NCBI GenBank assembly: GCA_026989685.1 | Contig: JALSIV010000211.1 | Location: 817 to 64,816, forward strand | DNA: 64,000 bases | Source of the DNA: Pirellulaceae bacterium | GTDB lineage: Bacteria; Planctomycetota; Planctomycetia; Pirellulales; Pirellulaceae | Direction: 5' to 3' | The notes under the pieces: model-generated | Database searches by the model: none | What the model saw: the letters and a program-made list of their open reading frames with translations, nothing else | Told to the model about the DNA's origin: nothing | Made by a program: the position numbers and the translations under genes | Shown: one piece after another, positions 1 through 8,078 of the stretch | How positions within the stretch are numbered: position 1 is the stretch's first letter | Layout of the letters: each line of letters opens with the position of its first letter

Positions 1-465
1 CAACTCGGCTCGCCGAGCCAGCCCGGCAGGCGTAAACGCGATCACAAGGCAGGTCGACCGACCATCCGGACCGATCCAGCTTCCTCGCAACCTTCGGCGA
101 AGAGGCACACCATTGCCCCATGCCTCCAGTGCAGCCATCTTCCCGAGCAGCCGGCGCCCCGATGTCACGCTCTCGAAATAGGATGAACCCTCCTCACTGC
201 GAAACACCGACGATTCCCGCAATACCGACTCGACGGCATCGAGCCGACCGTCGTCGATCCGGCACTCCGGCCAGCCAACGATCAGCAGATCGCCGCTGCC
301 GAATCGGCGGAGGAAATGGTCGAATGCGGCTCGGGGCGGAAAGGACGACGGCACCCAGTCCAAAGGAGAATTGGCGTTGTCCCGCATCGCCCCGGCAGCG
401 CCGTAGACGATCGCCGGCAGAAGTAGGCTCAGATAGATCAAGTACAAACGGTATCGGTGGGACAT
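1..465 (-). CDS. 5' part of an MMPL/RND-like membrane transporter gene (partial, continues beyond left edge)
   Basis: Absent from the ORF track because there is no stop in the window. ATG on the minus strand at 465, and the frame is open to position 1 (155 codons, no tta/cta/tca triplets in that phase on plus). Translation MSHRYRLYLIYLSLLLPAIVYGAAGA...FDHFLRRFGSGDLLIVGW has an N-terminal TM helix followed by the same F-x2-RFG-x-x-(L/V)LLV pattern as the N-terminus of the MMPL gene at 53188-55455. Confidence 0.45.
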   Translation of the reverse strand, partial: MSHRYRLYLIYLSLLLPAIVYGAAGAMRDNANSPLDWVPSSFPPRAAFDHFLRRFGSGDLLIVGWPECRIDDGRLDAVESVLRESSVFRSEEGSSYFESVTSGRRLLGKMAALEAWGNGVPLRRRLRGSWIGPDGRSTCLVIAFTPAGLARRAEL

Positions 466-581
466 GCCAGTCATCCGTGTTCGCCCCCGGCATCCAGTAC
501 AACCTCTTATACCGGCAAGGCAGCCTCGCGTCGAGGCGAAAGGAGACTGAGAAGAGTCAAGAGCGTGACAGGCCGGAGACG

Positions 582-1385
582 ATGTCGACTTGCGAGAGAT
601 ACCCAAGCGGCGCAACTTTCCAGCCTTTCCGAATCCGCACCACAAGGACCACTGCCGTGATCCCTACCTTCGGACTTGAGATCGTCGCACGCAAACTGGG
701 CAACCTGGCAGCCAACATCCGCCGACTCGGTCCGCGCGAGGCCTGGCGACTCTATCGGTACCGCCTGAGCGAACGGTACGATGACTGGCGGTTGGGAATC
801 CGCACCACCGGTCTGGTCACCCCCCGAGAGCTCGGGCACGACGCCCATTGTCAGCCGTACGAGGCCATCCACTACCGATGCCTGGACGTGATCATGGACT
901 ACTTCGATCCGTCGCCCGAGCTCGATGTCCTGCTGGACTACGGCAGTGGAATGGGGCGAGCCGTGATTGTGGCGGCCATGCGACCATTCAAACGAGTAAT
1001 CGGCGTCGAGCTGTCGTCCACACTCAACCAGATTGCTCTGGACAACATCAGCCGGGCCCGGTCCAAGCTGGTCTGTCCGGACGTTCAAATCGTTACGATC
1101 GACGCGACGCAATACCACGTTCCCACGGAAGTCACCTCCGTCTTTCTGTTCAATCCTTTCAACGGCCCCGTCTTGGAGGCCGTGCAGCAGCAAATCCGTG
1201 ATTCACTGCGACAAAAACCCCGACCGCTGCGACTGGTCTACATGCACCCGGCCCACCAGGTGAACACGTTTGACCAGTGCGATTGGCTCCAGCGAGATCG
1301 CCAACTACCGACGGCCGACTGGGACGATGTGAAAATGGTCGGCTATCAGGCTGTGGTCGAGCGGATGCGGGCAAGCACCCCCTAG
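582..1385 (+). CDS. class I SAM-dependent methyltransferase
   Basis: C-terminal two thirds of ORF 120..1385 carry the SAM-binding motif I (VLLDYGSGMGRAVIVAA), then VIGVELS and a FLFNPF post-motif. The first 154 codons of the ORF are Arg/Pro-rich junk overlapping the divergent gene start, so I use the first ATG after that (582). Start uncertain. Confidence 0.7.
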   Translation: MSTCERYPSGATFQPFRIRTTRTTAVIPTFGLEIVARKLGNLAANIRRLGPREAWRLYRYRLSERYDDWRLGIRTTGLVTPRELGHDAHCQPYEAIHYRCLDVIMDYFDPSPELDVLLDYGSGMGRAVIVAAMRPFKRVIGVELSSTLNQIALDNISRARSKLVCPDVQIVTIDATQYHVPTEVTSVFLFNPFNGPVLEAVQQQIRDSLRQKPRPLRLVYMHPAHQVNTFDQCDWLQRDRQLPTADWDDVKMVGYQAVVERMRASTP

Positions 1386-1593
1386 CTCCGGCACCCGGCC
1401 CCGCGCCACACCGCACACCGCGCGCGGCATTTCGGAACAATTCCGGCCGCGACCGCCCCGGCGTTCACCCCAGCGCCCCTGACTGCCTCGCGAGCCGCGC
1501 CGCCCAGCAAAAGTCTGTAAGTGGCGTCAGTTTCATAGGTTTTGACAACCAGACGACCCCAAAATAGCAATATCAAGACATTGAGATCCCGTT

Positions 1594-1609
1594 TGGCACC
1601 CTGCTTGCA
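1594..1609 (+). promoter_or_regulatory. sigma54 (RpoN) -24/-12 promoter
   Basis: tTGGCACcctgcTTGCAc matches the TGGCAC-N5-TTGCA consensus at all 11 fixed positions with canonical GG/GC spacing. It lies in an intergenic region. A 13-nt palindrome CGGAACAATTCCG at 1433-1445 (~150 nt upstream) is a possible enhancer-binding-protein site. Confidence 0.5.
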
Positions 1610-1619
1610 CTAAGAAAGG

Positions 1620-1716
1620 GCCAACCGCTTTGGTTGCCTGAGGCGTGTGTTCCTCCTGGCCGTGACGTTGCTGTTGCGCTCCTCCATACACGAATGGCAA
1701 CCTGAGCGGTTTTTTC
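1620..1716 (+). ncRNA. candidate sigma54-dependent small RNA (unnamed, class not recognised)
   Basis: The predicted TSS is ~12 nt after the -12 element. There is no ORF. A long closing stem pairs CCGCU-uu-GGUUGCC (1625-1638) with GGCAACC-ug-AGCGG (1696-1709) and is followed directly by T6 (1710-1715), i.e. an intrinsic terminator. The enclosed region carries two CCUCC motifs (1652-1656, 1681-1685). The next gene is convergent, so the promoter has no mRNA to drive. Confidence 0.4.
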
Positions 1717-1792
1717 GTGCGCGCAAAAGAAAGTGCGAAGTGGCCGGTCCCTGGCTCACCGCACTGTCCTGGCTCCCGATGAGCGAGATCGC

Positions 1793-3094
1793 CTACACCC
1801 GAGAAGCGGCGACCTGAAGCACATTCATCAATAGCTCGGAAAGGAGCCCCTCATCGAGCGAGCCGCCGACGAGCCAGTCGTCGCCGTCGCCACCGAAGAT
1901 CTGGTCATCGCCCCACCCGCCGATGATGATATCATTGTCGCTGGGAGCCACACCGACCGGAATCTCCGCCGTGGTGTCGTCCGTCGCGTTATCGGGTGAC
2001 ACCGTTTCCTCGGATGAGGACTCGGATGTCGTTTCCTCGGCGATCGGATCATTGCTGTCGTCGTTCAGCAATGACTCATCCACCGGAGCTTCATCAACGG
2101 GAGTCTGATCCAGCGACGACTCGTCTTCGGTCCCACCATCCGACGACTCGGAAATCGCCTCGTCTGTCGGTGCTTCGTCCAGAGGCACGTCGGCGATCGG
2201 TTCGTCGACTGTGGGGGTCTCCTCAATCGGGTCACCACTCTCGTCAGCAATGTCGATCGGCACCAGCTCCTCTTCATCGCCGGCGTCGTCGGCTTCCTCC
2301 GTGTCCTCCGTGTCCCACTCATCGTTACCGGACTCCGCATCCGGAGTGGAATCGCTGGCATCGTCCGAGGTGTCATCCGACGGGTCGCCCGTCGAGTCGT
2401 CCTGTGCCGCCAGTTCTTCGACAGCCCATTCCGGAGTATCGAGACAGACTCCCTCGAGCGGATCCGTCGATTCGCTACTCACCTCCTCAGTGCTATCCGA
2501 CTCGACACTTGTTTCATCGCCGCTCAGAGCTTCATCACTTGGATTCTCATCCTCAAGTGCTTGGTCGGTGGGAGCATCGTCGATCGGCGCCAGCGGTTCG
2601 GCCACGGCCGGAGGCTCCATCTCGAACAGCACGTTGTCACCGGCACCTCCCAGCAGCACGTCGCCCACCATGCCCGCGGCCAGGAAGTCGGCATCGTTGC
2701 CGCCGGTGAGGATATCGTTGCCGAAACCTCCCAGCAGTGTGTCGTCGCCGCTGCCCCCTCGAGCGACTACGCGCACGTCCGTGTCATTGACGAACACGTC
2801 GTTCCCTGCGTTGCCCTCGAAGAAAATGCCGACCACGTCGGCCGCATCGAATACGGCGTCGTTCTTGTCGACGGTCACACCGCTGGCGTCCCGTTCGGTA
2901 GCACTGACAATGATCTGGCCGTCCTGCTCGTACATCTCGACCAGGTCGTCCTGCTCGGTTCCCATCACGTGGATCCAGCCGTCGGAAAACCCGATGTCGG
3001 CGGCCAGCAATTTGCGAGCCTCCAACGGTTGCAGGGCCAACTTGCGCGGCTTGCGCTGCCGGCGCGTCGCACGTTGACGTTTCCATCGTCTCAT
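1793..3094 (-). CDS. secreted, extremely acidic protein with RTX/haemolysin-type Ca-binding GG-x-G-x-D repeats
   Basis: ATG at 3094 is preceded by AAGGAG 8 nt upstream. N-terminus MRRWKRQRATRRQRKPRKLALQPLEARKLLAADIGF is the LExRxLLA-type leader common in planctomycete secreted proteins. Repeats are GGSGDDTLLGGFGNDILTGGNDADFL and, at the C-terminus, IIGGWGDDQIFGGDGDDWLVGG. They are separated by a D/E/S/T-rich low-complexity spacer of roughly 240 aa. Confidence 0.7.
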   Translation of the reverse strand: MRRWKRQRATRRQRKPRKLALQPLEARKLLAADIGFSDGWIHVMGTEQDDLVEMYEQDGQIIVSATERDASGVTVDKNDAVFDAADVVGIFFEGNAGNDVFVNDTDVRVVARGGSGDDTLLGGFGNDILTGGNDADFLAAGMVGDVLLGGAGDNVLFEMEPPAVAEPLAPIDDAPTDQALEDENPSDEALSGDETSVESDSTEEVSSESTDPLEGVCLDTPEWAVEELAAQDDSTGDPSDDTSDDASDSTPDAESGNDEWDTEDTEEADDAGDEEELVPIDIADESGDPIEETPTVDEPIADVPLDEAPTDEAISESSDGGTEDESSLDQTPVDEAPVDESLLNDDSNDPIAEETTSESSSEETVSPDNATDDTTAEIPVGVAPSDNDIIIGGWGDDQIFGGDGDDWLVGGSLDEGLLSELLMNVLQVAASRV

Positions 3095-3581
3095 CACAAA
3101 ACTCCTTCTGTGAAGTGAGCCCGGCCGGTAGCCGCCGCGTGGCGGCCCAAGTCCGTGCCGACCGACGGCTCGAATGACCTCCCGCTCGCCGACTTGCCGT
3201 CCCCTGCCCGGACCACGGTCGGCGCTGACGTGGGCCATCAGCAAGGCACGTTACGTGCCAACGTGGATGCGGCACCCGGTTCAGCGCAGCCGTGATACTG
3301 CCCAACCGTTCGCAATTCCAGAACTTAGCAACAACGAGAAGTGGGCTCTCACTGCCGACTTCTCGTCACAACTCTCGCCACGGACAACAACGCCGTGGTA
3401 CATTCTTCCCGTATCAACGGAACTTTTTGCACAACCGGCACACGGGCCGAGCAGCCGGCGCAGTGCTTGACGTCACCGCGGGACGGTGAGAAGATCAGTG
3501 AAGCTGCACAGCTTTTTCCGACGAGAGAAGTTGTTCGGCTTCCTTTTCGGTGACGTTCCCCATAGCGACAGGAATCCCCCG

Positions 3582-5429
3582 ATGTTCCCATCTTCCCCGT
3601 TGGCTCGAACATTGCCGTTCTTATTCGCCTTGCTGGTTGCCCATCCGGGTCGCCCCCATTTGGAGTGCGCGGTGGCCGCGAGGAGGCCGCCCCGCATGCA
3701 CGTCGCCGCCTCGAGCGCCGCCGCTCCCAAGGCTCACTCTCCTACCCCGTCACATCCATCTGCGCTCGGAGTTCTCATCATGTGCGGTACCACGCAAGCA
3801 GCCGACGATTCCGGCTCGGCCGACGAAGCGGCTCGGCAAGTTGTCGAAGAGTACGAGCAAGTCGTCGTACCGTTGGAGATTGCCGCCAACCGAGCCTGGT
3901 GGGATGCCAACATCAGTGGGAAGGACGACGACTTCGCCCGGAAAGAGGCTGCGGAAAATCGGCTGAATGAGGCTCTGGCGGATCGCGACCGTTTCCGGCG
4001 CATCGAGCGGGCGTACCGCGCCAAACCCGAGGATCGGCTGTTGGCCCGCCAGATCGAACTGCTCTATCTGCTGACGCGCGAAAAGCAGTTGCCCAAGGAA
4101 CTGTTGCAGCGGATGACCAGCAGGGCCAACCAGATCGAAAAGGCGTTCAACGTCTACCGGGCCAAGGTCGACGGGCGCGAACTGACGAATAGTCGGGTGC
4201 GGGAGATTCTCAAGAAATCGCGAGACAGCGAGCAGCGCCGCAAGGTCTGGGAAGCCAGTAAGGGAGTGGGAGCCGTTGTGATCGACGATCTGCGCGAACT
4301 GGTAGCGCTGCGCAATCAGGCCGCCCGGCATTTAGGCTACCGCGACTATCACGTGATGCAACTGGCACTCAACGAACAAGATCAAGCCGAAGTGCTGAAA
4401 CTGTTCGACGAACTGGACGAACTGACGCGCAAGCCGTTTCTCGCCACCAAGCAGATGATCGATGAGGCGCTGGCCAAGCAGTATGGCATCACGGTCGATG
4501 AGCTCCGGCCGTGGCACTACCACGACCCGTTCTTCCAAGAGCCGCCGGCCGTTTACGACGCGGACTTGGATGGCCCCTTCGCCGGCACCGACATCGTCGC
4601 GATCTGCCGCAAGTTCTACCGCGGCATCGGGCTTCCCATCGATGATGTGCTGCAGCGCAGCGACCTGTTTGAAAAACCCGGCAAGAGTCCTCACGCGTTC
4701 TGCACCGATATCGACCGCCAGGGCGACGTACGAGTCCTGTGCAATATCGTGCCCAACGAATACTGGATGGGAACCACGCTGCATGAACTGGGACACGCTG
4801 TCTACAGCAGCAAGTATATCCCTGGTGAACTTCCCTACCTGCTGCGAACCGATTCTCACATCCTGACCACCGAAGGCGTGGCCATGATGTTCGAGCGATT
4901 TTCCAAAAGCGGCGACTGGCTCAAAGCGATGGGAGTGCCCATCACCGACTTGAGCGCCTACAACCGGGCGGCAGCTCGCATGAGGCGCGATCAACTGCTG
5001 ATCTTCTCGCGCTGGTGCCAGGTGATGCTGCGGTTCGAGGCCCAGCTCTACCGCGATCCCGGGCAGGACTTGAATAAGCTGTGGTGGGACCTGGTGGAGA
5101 AATACCAGGGAGTCCCTCGTCCCCAAGGGCGAAGTGCCCCCGATTTCGCCAGCAAGATTCACATCGTCTCGGCTCCCTGCTACTACCATAACTACATGAT
5201 GGGGCAACTCTTCGCCTGCCAGGTCCATCGCACGATCGCCCGCGAAATCCTCAAGGCGGAAAACGTGGCCGATGCCTACTACACGAACGATCCTCGAGTC
5301 GGCAAGTTCATGCGCGAACGAGTGTTCGCTCCCGGCAAGACGCTGCCGTGGAACGAACTGACACGTCATGCCACCGGCGAACCACTCAACGCCAAGGCCT
5401 TTGCCGCCGAATTCGGCGGTGGAGCATGA
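3582..5429 (+). CDS. gluzincin zinc metallopeptidase, M2 (ACE-like)/M3-like
   Basis: HEXXH site TLHELGHAVYS with a downstream Glu (TTEGVAMMFE). The N-terminal helical region (WWDANISGKDDDFARKEAAENRLNEAL) resembles bacterial ACE-like peptidases. The ORF-track start 3486 is a GTG that starts 4 nt upstream of, and overlaps, a candidate promoter -10 element. 3582 is the first ATG and gives a signal-like MFPSSPLARTLPFLFALLVA. Start uncertain. Confidence 0.75.
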   Translation: MFPSSPLARTLPFLFALLVAHPGRPHLECAVAARRPPRMHVAASSAAAPKAHSPTPSHPSALGVLIMCGTTQAADDSGSADEAARQVVEEYEQVVVPLEIAANRAWWDANISGKDDDFARKEAAENRLNEALADRDRFRRIERAYRAKPEDRLLARQIELLYLLTREKQLPKELLQRMTSRANQIEKAFNVYRAKVDGRELTNSRVREILKKSRDSEQRRKVWEASKGVGAVVIDDLRELVALRNQAARHLGYRDYHVMQLALNEQDQAEVLKLFDELDELTRKPFLATKQMIDEALAKQYGITVDELRPWHYHDPFFQEPPAVYDADLDGPFAGTDIVAICRKFYRGIGLPIDDVLQRSDLFEKPGKSPHAFCTDIDRQGDVRVLCNIVPNEYWMGTTLHELGHAVYSSKYIPGELPYLLRTDSHILTTEGVAMMFERFSKSGDWLKAMGVPITDLSAYNRAAARMRRDQLLIFSRWCQVMLRFEAQLYRDPGQDLNKLWWDLVEKYQGVPRPQGRSAPDFASKIHIVSAPCYYHNYMMGQLFACQVHRTIAREILKAENVADAYYTNDPRVGKFMRERVFAPGKTLPWNELTRHATGEPLNAKAFAAEFGGGA

Positions 5430-5509
5430 GATATGGGCGAGGCGAAGACGAGTGGGGGCCGAGCAATGCCGCGGCACAAGACGTTGCCGGAAGGCTAGCT
5501 TTCTCCCGC

Positions 5510-5538
5510 TTGAACGCCGGCCCGCCGGCCGATATAGT
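5510..5538 (+). promoter_or_regulatory. sigma70-type promoter for tRNA-Lys
   Basis: TTGAAC (5510-5515), 17-nt spacer, TATAGT (5533-5538). The -10 element ends about 20 nt upstream of the tRNA 5' end. Confidence 0.45.
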
Positions 5539-5559
5539 CTAGAGCTTGATCGGTCGATC

Positions 5560-5632
5560 GCCCCCTTAGCTCAACTGGCAGAGCATCTGACTCTTAATCA
5601 GAGGGTTCAAGGTTCGAGTCCTTGAGGGGGCA
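5560..5632 (+). tRNA. tRNA-Lys(CTT): tRNA-Lys (anticodon CTT)
   Basis: Manual cloverleaf: acceptor GCCCCCT/AGGGGGC, D arm GCTC-AACTGGCA-GAGC, anticodon stem TCTGA/TCAGA with loop CT-CTT-AA, variable GGGTT, T arm CAAGG-TTCGAGT-CCTTG, discriminator A. CCA is not encoded. Confidence 0.95.
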
Positions 5633-5638
5633 CTCGCT

Positions 5639-5673
5639 AAGCCGGGACCTCACAAGAGGTTGCGGCTTTTTTT
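5639..5673 (+). terminator. intrinsic terminator of tRNA-Lys
   Basis: AAGCCGGGACCTC-acaa-GAGGTTGCGGCTT forms a 13-position stem with one mismatch and one G-T pair. It runs into a T-tract (7 consecutive T at 5667-5673, of which 5667-5668 pair in the stem). Confidence 0.6.
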
Positions 5674-6237
5674 GATCTTGGTCAAAGTGGTCACGTCGCG
5701 AGAAATGCCCCGACACTCTCTGGAGATCGGATCGACGTAGCACCGCTCGCTAGCCATGGCTTTGCCGATCGCCCGCCGTACTGGAATCGACATACTCCTC
5801 CAATGGGGGCAGAGTGGGCACATGGAGCTATTGTCAGAAGTTCTGTCCTGGGTCAGATACGGGCAGCCTCCGGCTTCAAGATTCCGTCTTGGAATGCACG
5901 TCTCTTTAGCGCGTGTATAATCTGGCCATCGCTGTCGAGGCTGCCATCTCAGTCTGTCCATTCACCCACGTCACTTAGGCCAGCATGCTAAGGTGATTAG
6001 CGACGACAATGCGAAATGTGCGACAGCTCACGGTCTGAAACGCTCGTTCGGAACTCAGTGGGCAATGAACGTAAAGCCGGTGGCCTTGCAACGTTTGATG
6101 CGGTGCTCGTCGGTTCAAACGACGCCAAAGTGCTCCGATCGACCAGGACGTGGAGGGCGTTGCAGAGGAACTGCCAAAGTGGAGTGCTTGGTACCGTGAA
6201 AACGGCACACGGCGCCTCGGAGCCCCGATAATTGGAG

Positions 6238-6285
6238 GGTTCGAGGATAGAGTGATCGAGGGGGCACTCACTAAGCCGGGACCTC
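6238..6285 (+). repeat. degenerate duplicate of the tRNA-Lys 3' end plus 19 nt of downstream flank (att-like direct repeat)
   Basis: 6258-6285 GAGGGGGCACTCaCTAAGCCGGGACCTC equals 5624-5651 at 27 of 28 positions. The T-arm fragment GGTTCGAG (6238-6245) is also present, separated by a 12-nt insertion. Confidence 0.6.
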
Positions 6286-6362
6286 CACGGCGAGCCGTGC
6301 CATCTCCACATTGCAGATTTGCAGACAGCGCCATCGGCGGTGCCATCAACCGCTCCAATTTC

Positions 6363-7916
6363 ATGAGAGAAACTACCATGACGCATCCTCAACGAAGTCC
6401 CCACCGTCTCACCCGACGGTTGGCGTTTCTCGCCACGGTCGCTCTGTTGATCGCGATGGCGATCGTTCGCATGGCCACCGCCGGTCCCTTGCGGGCAGGC
6501 GTCGCCAAAGTCGATATCACCAGCGAGGAAGCGGGGCCGGTTCACGGGCGACTCTACGTGCGAGCCGTCGTACTGGAAAGAGATTCCACGCGGGTCGCCC
6601 TGATTGCGGTCGATGTCGTGGCCATTGGCGAGATCGGCCCGATCGGCAACGCCTATCTCACCGACGTCCGCGCGGAACTCGATCGGCGGTTCGGCATCCC
6701 CGCGTCCCATGTCTTGATCAACGCCAGCCACTGCCACGGCATCGTATGTCGCGATGTGGCCCGGCGCACGGTCGACGCTGTACGACAAGCGGTGTCCCGA
6801 CTGACGGAAGTGCGAGTCGGAGTGGGCACCGGCCATGAAGATCGGATCATGGTCAACCGCCGAGTGCGACTCAACAGCGGCAGGGAACTCGATATCCGCC
6901 ACGCTTATGCCATGCCTCCCGATGATGCGGTGGCCGACGTGGGCCCGATCGATCCGGAAATCGGCGTCTTGCGACTCGATCGCGCCGACGGTTGCACGCT
7001 CGCCATCGTCTACAACTTCGCCTGTCACCCCATCCAAGGCGTGCCCGGCGGCGGGAATACGGCCGACATCACCGGATTCGCTTCGCAGGTGATCGAAGAC
7101 AACATGAGTGACGACACGGTGGCACTGTTTTTTCAGGGATGCGCCGGCGACATCAATCCCGTTTTCTACAAGGCGGTCGACTTGCCTCGCGATGCCGAAG
7201 CCCTCGGCAACCGGCTGGGACTCAGCGTGTTGAAAGCAGCCCGAACGATCCGGTGCCGCGTGGACGATCGCCTGGAAACCGTCAACAGCGTCCTGGAACT
7301 GCCGCGAGCCGACTACGAGGAGCGGATCCGGGAAATGGAAAAAGAGCGGCAGCAACTGGTGGAATCTCTGGGCGGTACCAGCCTCAATCTCAAGACCTTC
7401 CTGCAACTCTCGACCAAGTATGGACTTTCACCGGAATTCCCCTCCTACTACGCTCACGAATACATACGCGAAAAGAAACTCGGACGGGAACACCTCAGAC
7501 ATCTCGACCAAGAGAACCGCCGAAACCTGGCTCGATATGCCAAGAACGTGCGGACCATGGAGCGGATCACGCGGATCAATACGAACCTCCGCTTGCTGCG
7601 CAAACACCACGAGCAGGCGATCGCCGCCGGTAGCCGCACACTGGATGTGGAGCTGACGGCGGTCCGCATCGGCGACTTCGTACTGGTGACGTTCCCCGGA
7701 GAACTGACGGTCCAAATCGGACTGAACATCAAACGGCGCTCGCCGCACAAGCACACGTTCGTGGCCGGCTACACCAACGGCTATATCTACTACGCTCCCA
7801 CGGCCGAACAACTGCGCAACCAGGGGGGAGCTCAGGAGGACAGCGACTGCCTGCTGGCACCGGCATGGCAAGGACTGTTCGAAAGCCGAGTCGAACAAAT
7901 GTTGGGGCGACTGTAA
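6363..7916 (+). CDS. neutral/alkaline ceramidase-like N-terminal-domain protein, exported
   Basis: Signal-like LAFLATVALLIAMAIVRMATA, then AGVAKVDITSEEAGPVHGRLYVRAVVLE...LINASHCHG...YNFACHP...FFQGCAGDINP. It is collinear with the N-terminal module of the giant gene at 22108-26790. Start taken at ATG 6363 (alternative 6378); the upstream part of ORF 6150 is rejected. Confidence 0.75.
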   Translation: MRETTMTHPQRSPHRLTRRLAFLATVALLIAMAIVRMATAGPLRAGVAKVDITSEEAGPVHGRLYVRAVVLERDSTRVALIAVDVVAIGEIGPIGNAYLTDVRAELDRRFGIPASHVLINASHCHGIVCRDVARRTVDAVRQAVSRLTEVRVGVGTGHEDRIMVNRRVRLNSGRELDIRHAYAMPPDDAVADVGPIDPEIGVLRLDRADGCTLAIVYNFACHPIQGVPGGGNTADITGFASQVIEDNMSDDTVALFFQGCAGDINPVFYKAVDLPRDAEALGNRLGLSVLKAARTIRCRVDDRLETVNSVLELPRADYEERIREMEKERQQLVESLGGTSLNLKTFLQLSTKYGLSPEFPSYYAHEYIREKKLGREHLRHLDQENRRNLARYAKNVRTMERITRINTNLRLLRKHHEQAIAAGSRTLDVELTAVRIGDFVLVTFPGELTVQIGLNIKRRSPHKHTFVAGYTNGYIYYAPTAEQLRNQGGAQEDSDCLLAPAWQGLFESRVEQMLGRL

Positions 7917-8078
7917 ACCGGGTCGAAATCCGCGCGGGACGAAAAGCGACGGATACCTGTAGCTTTCGAGATCGGCTGGAGTCGACCCCGGCAAGACCCT
8001 ATAATGGCCGCACATTCAATGGACCGACCGCGGCCTTGACCGGGCCCCTGGATCTCCCTCTCCTCCGGAGCAAACGAA

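Noticed and set aside
120-581. N-terminal 154 codons of ORF 120..1385
   Set aside because: Arg/Pro/Ser-rich, no protein-like pattern. It overlaps, in antisense, the better-supported divergent gene start (1-465, minus). The methyltransferase domain begins well downstream.
5650-5961. 103-aa minus-strand ORF (and other short ORFs up to 6379) inside the tRNA-flanked 600-bp segment, considered as integrase/excisionase remnants
   Set aside because: No HTH, tyrosine-recombinase or other motif recognisable. The internal ATG has GGAGGAG too close (3 nt). Treated as non-coding remnant DNA.
5997-7406. 469-aa minus-strand ORF
   Set aside because: Antisense shadow of the ceramidase-like gene. The composition (runs of R, G, D, H) is not protein-like, whereas the plus strand has clear family motifs.
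8000-8005. TATAAT box upstream of the Kelch gene (also TATAGT at about 26983 upstream of the DUF1080 gene and TACAAT at about 58068 upstream of moxR)
   Set aside because: The -35 partners match at most 3 of 6 positions. They are plausible but not supportable as features without TSS data.
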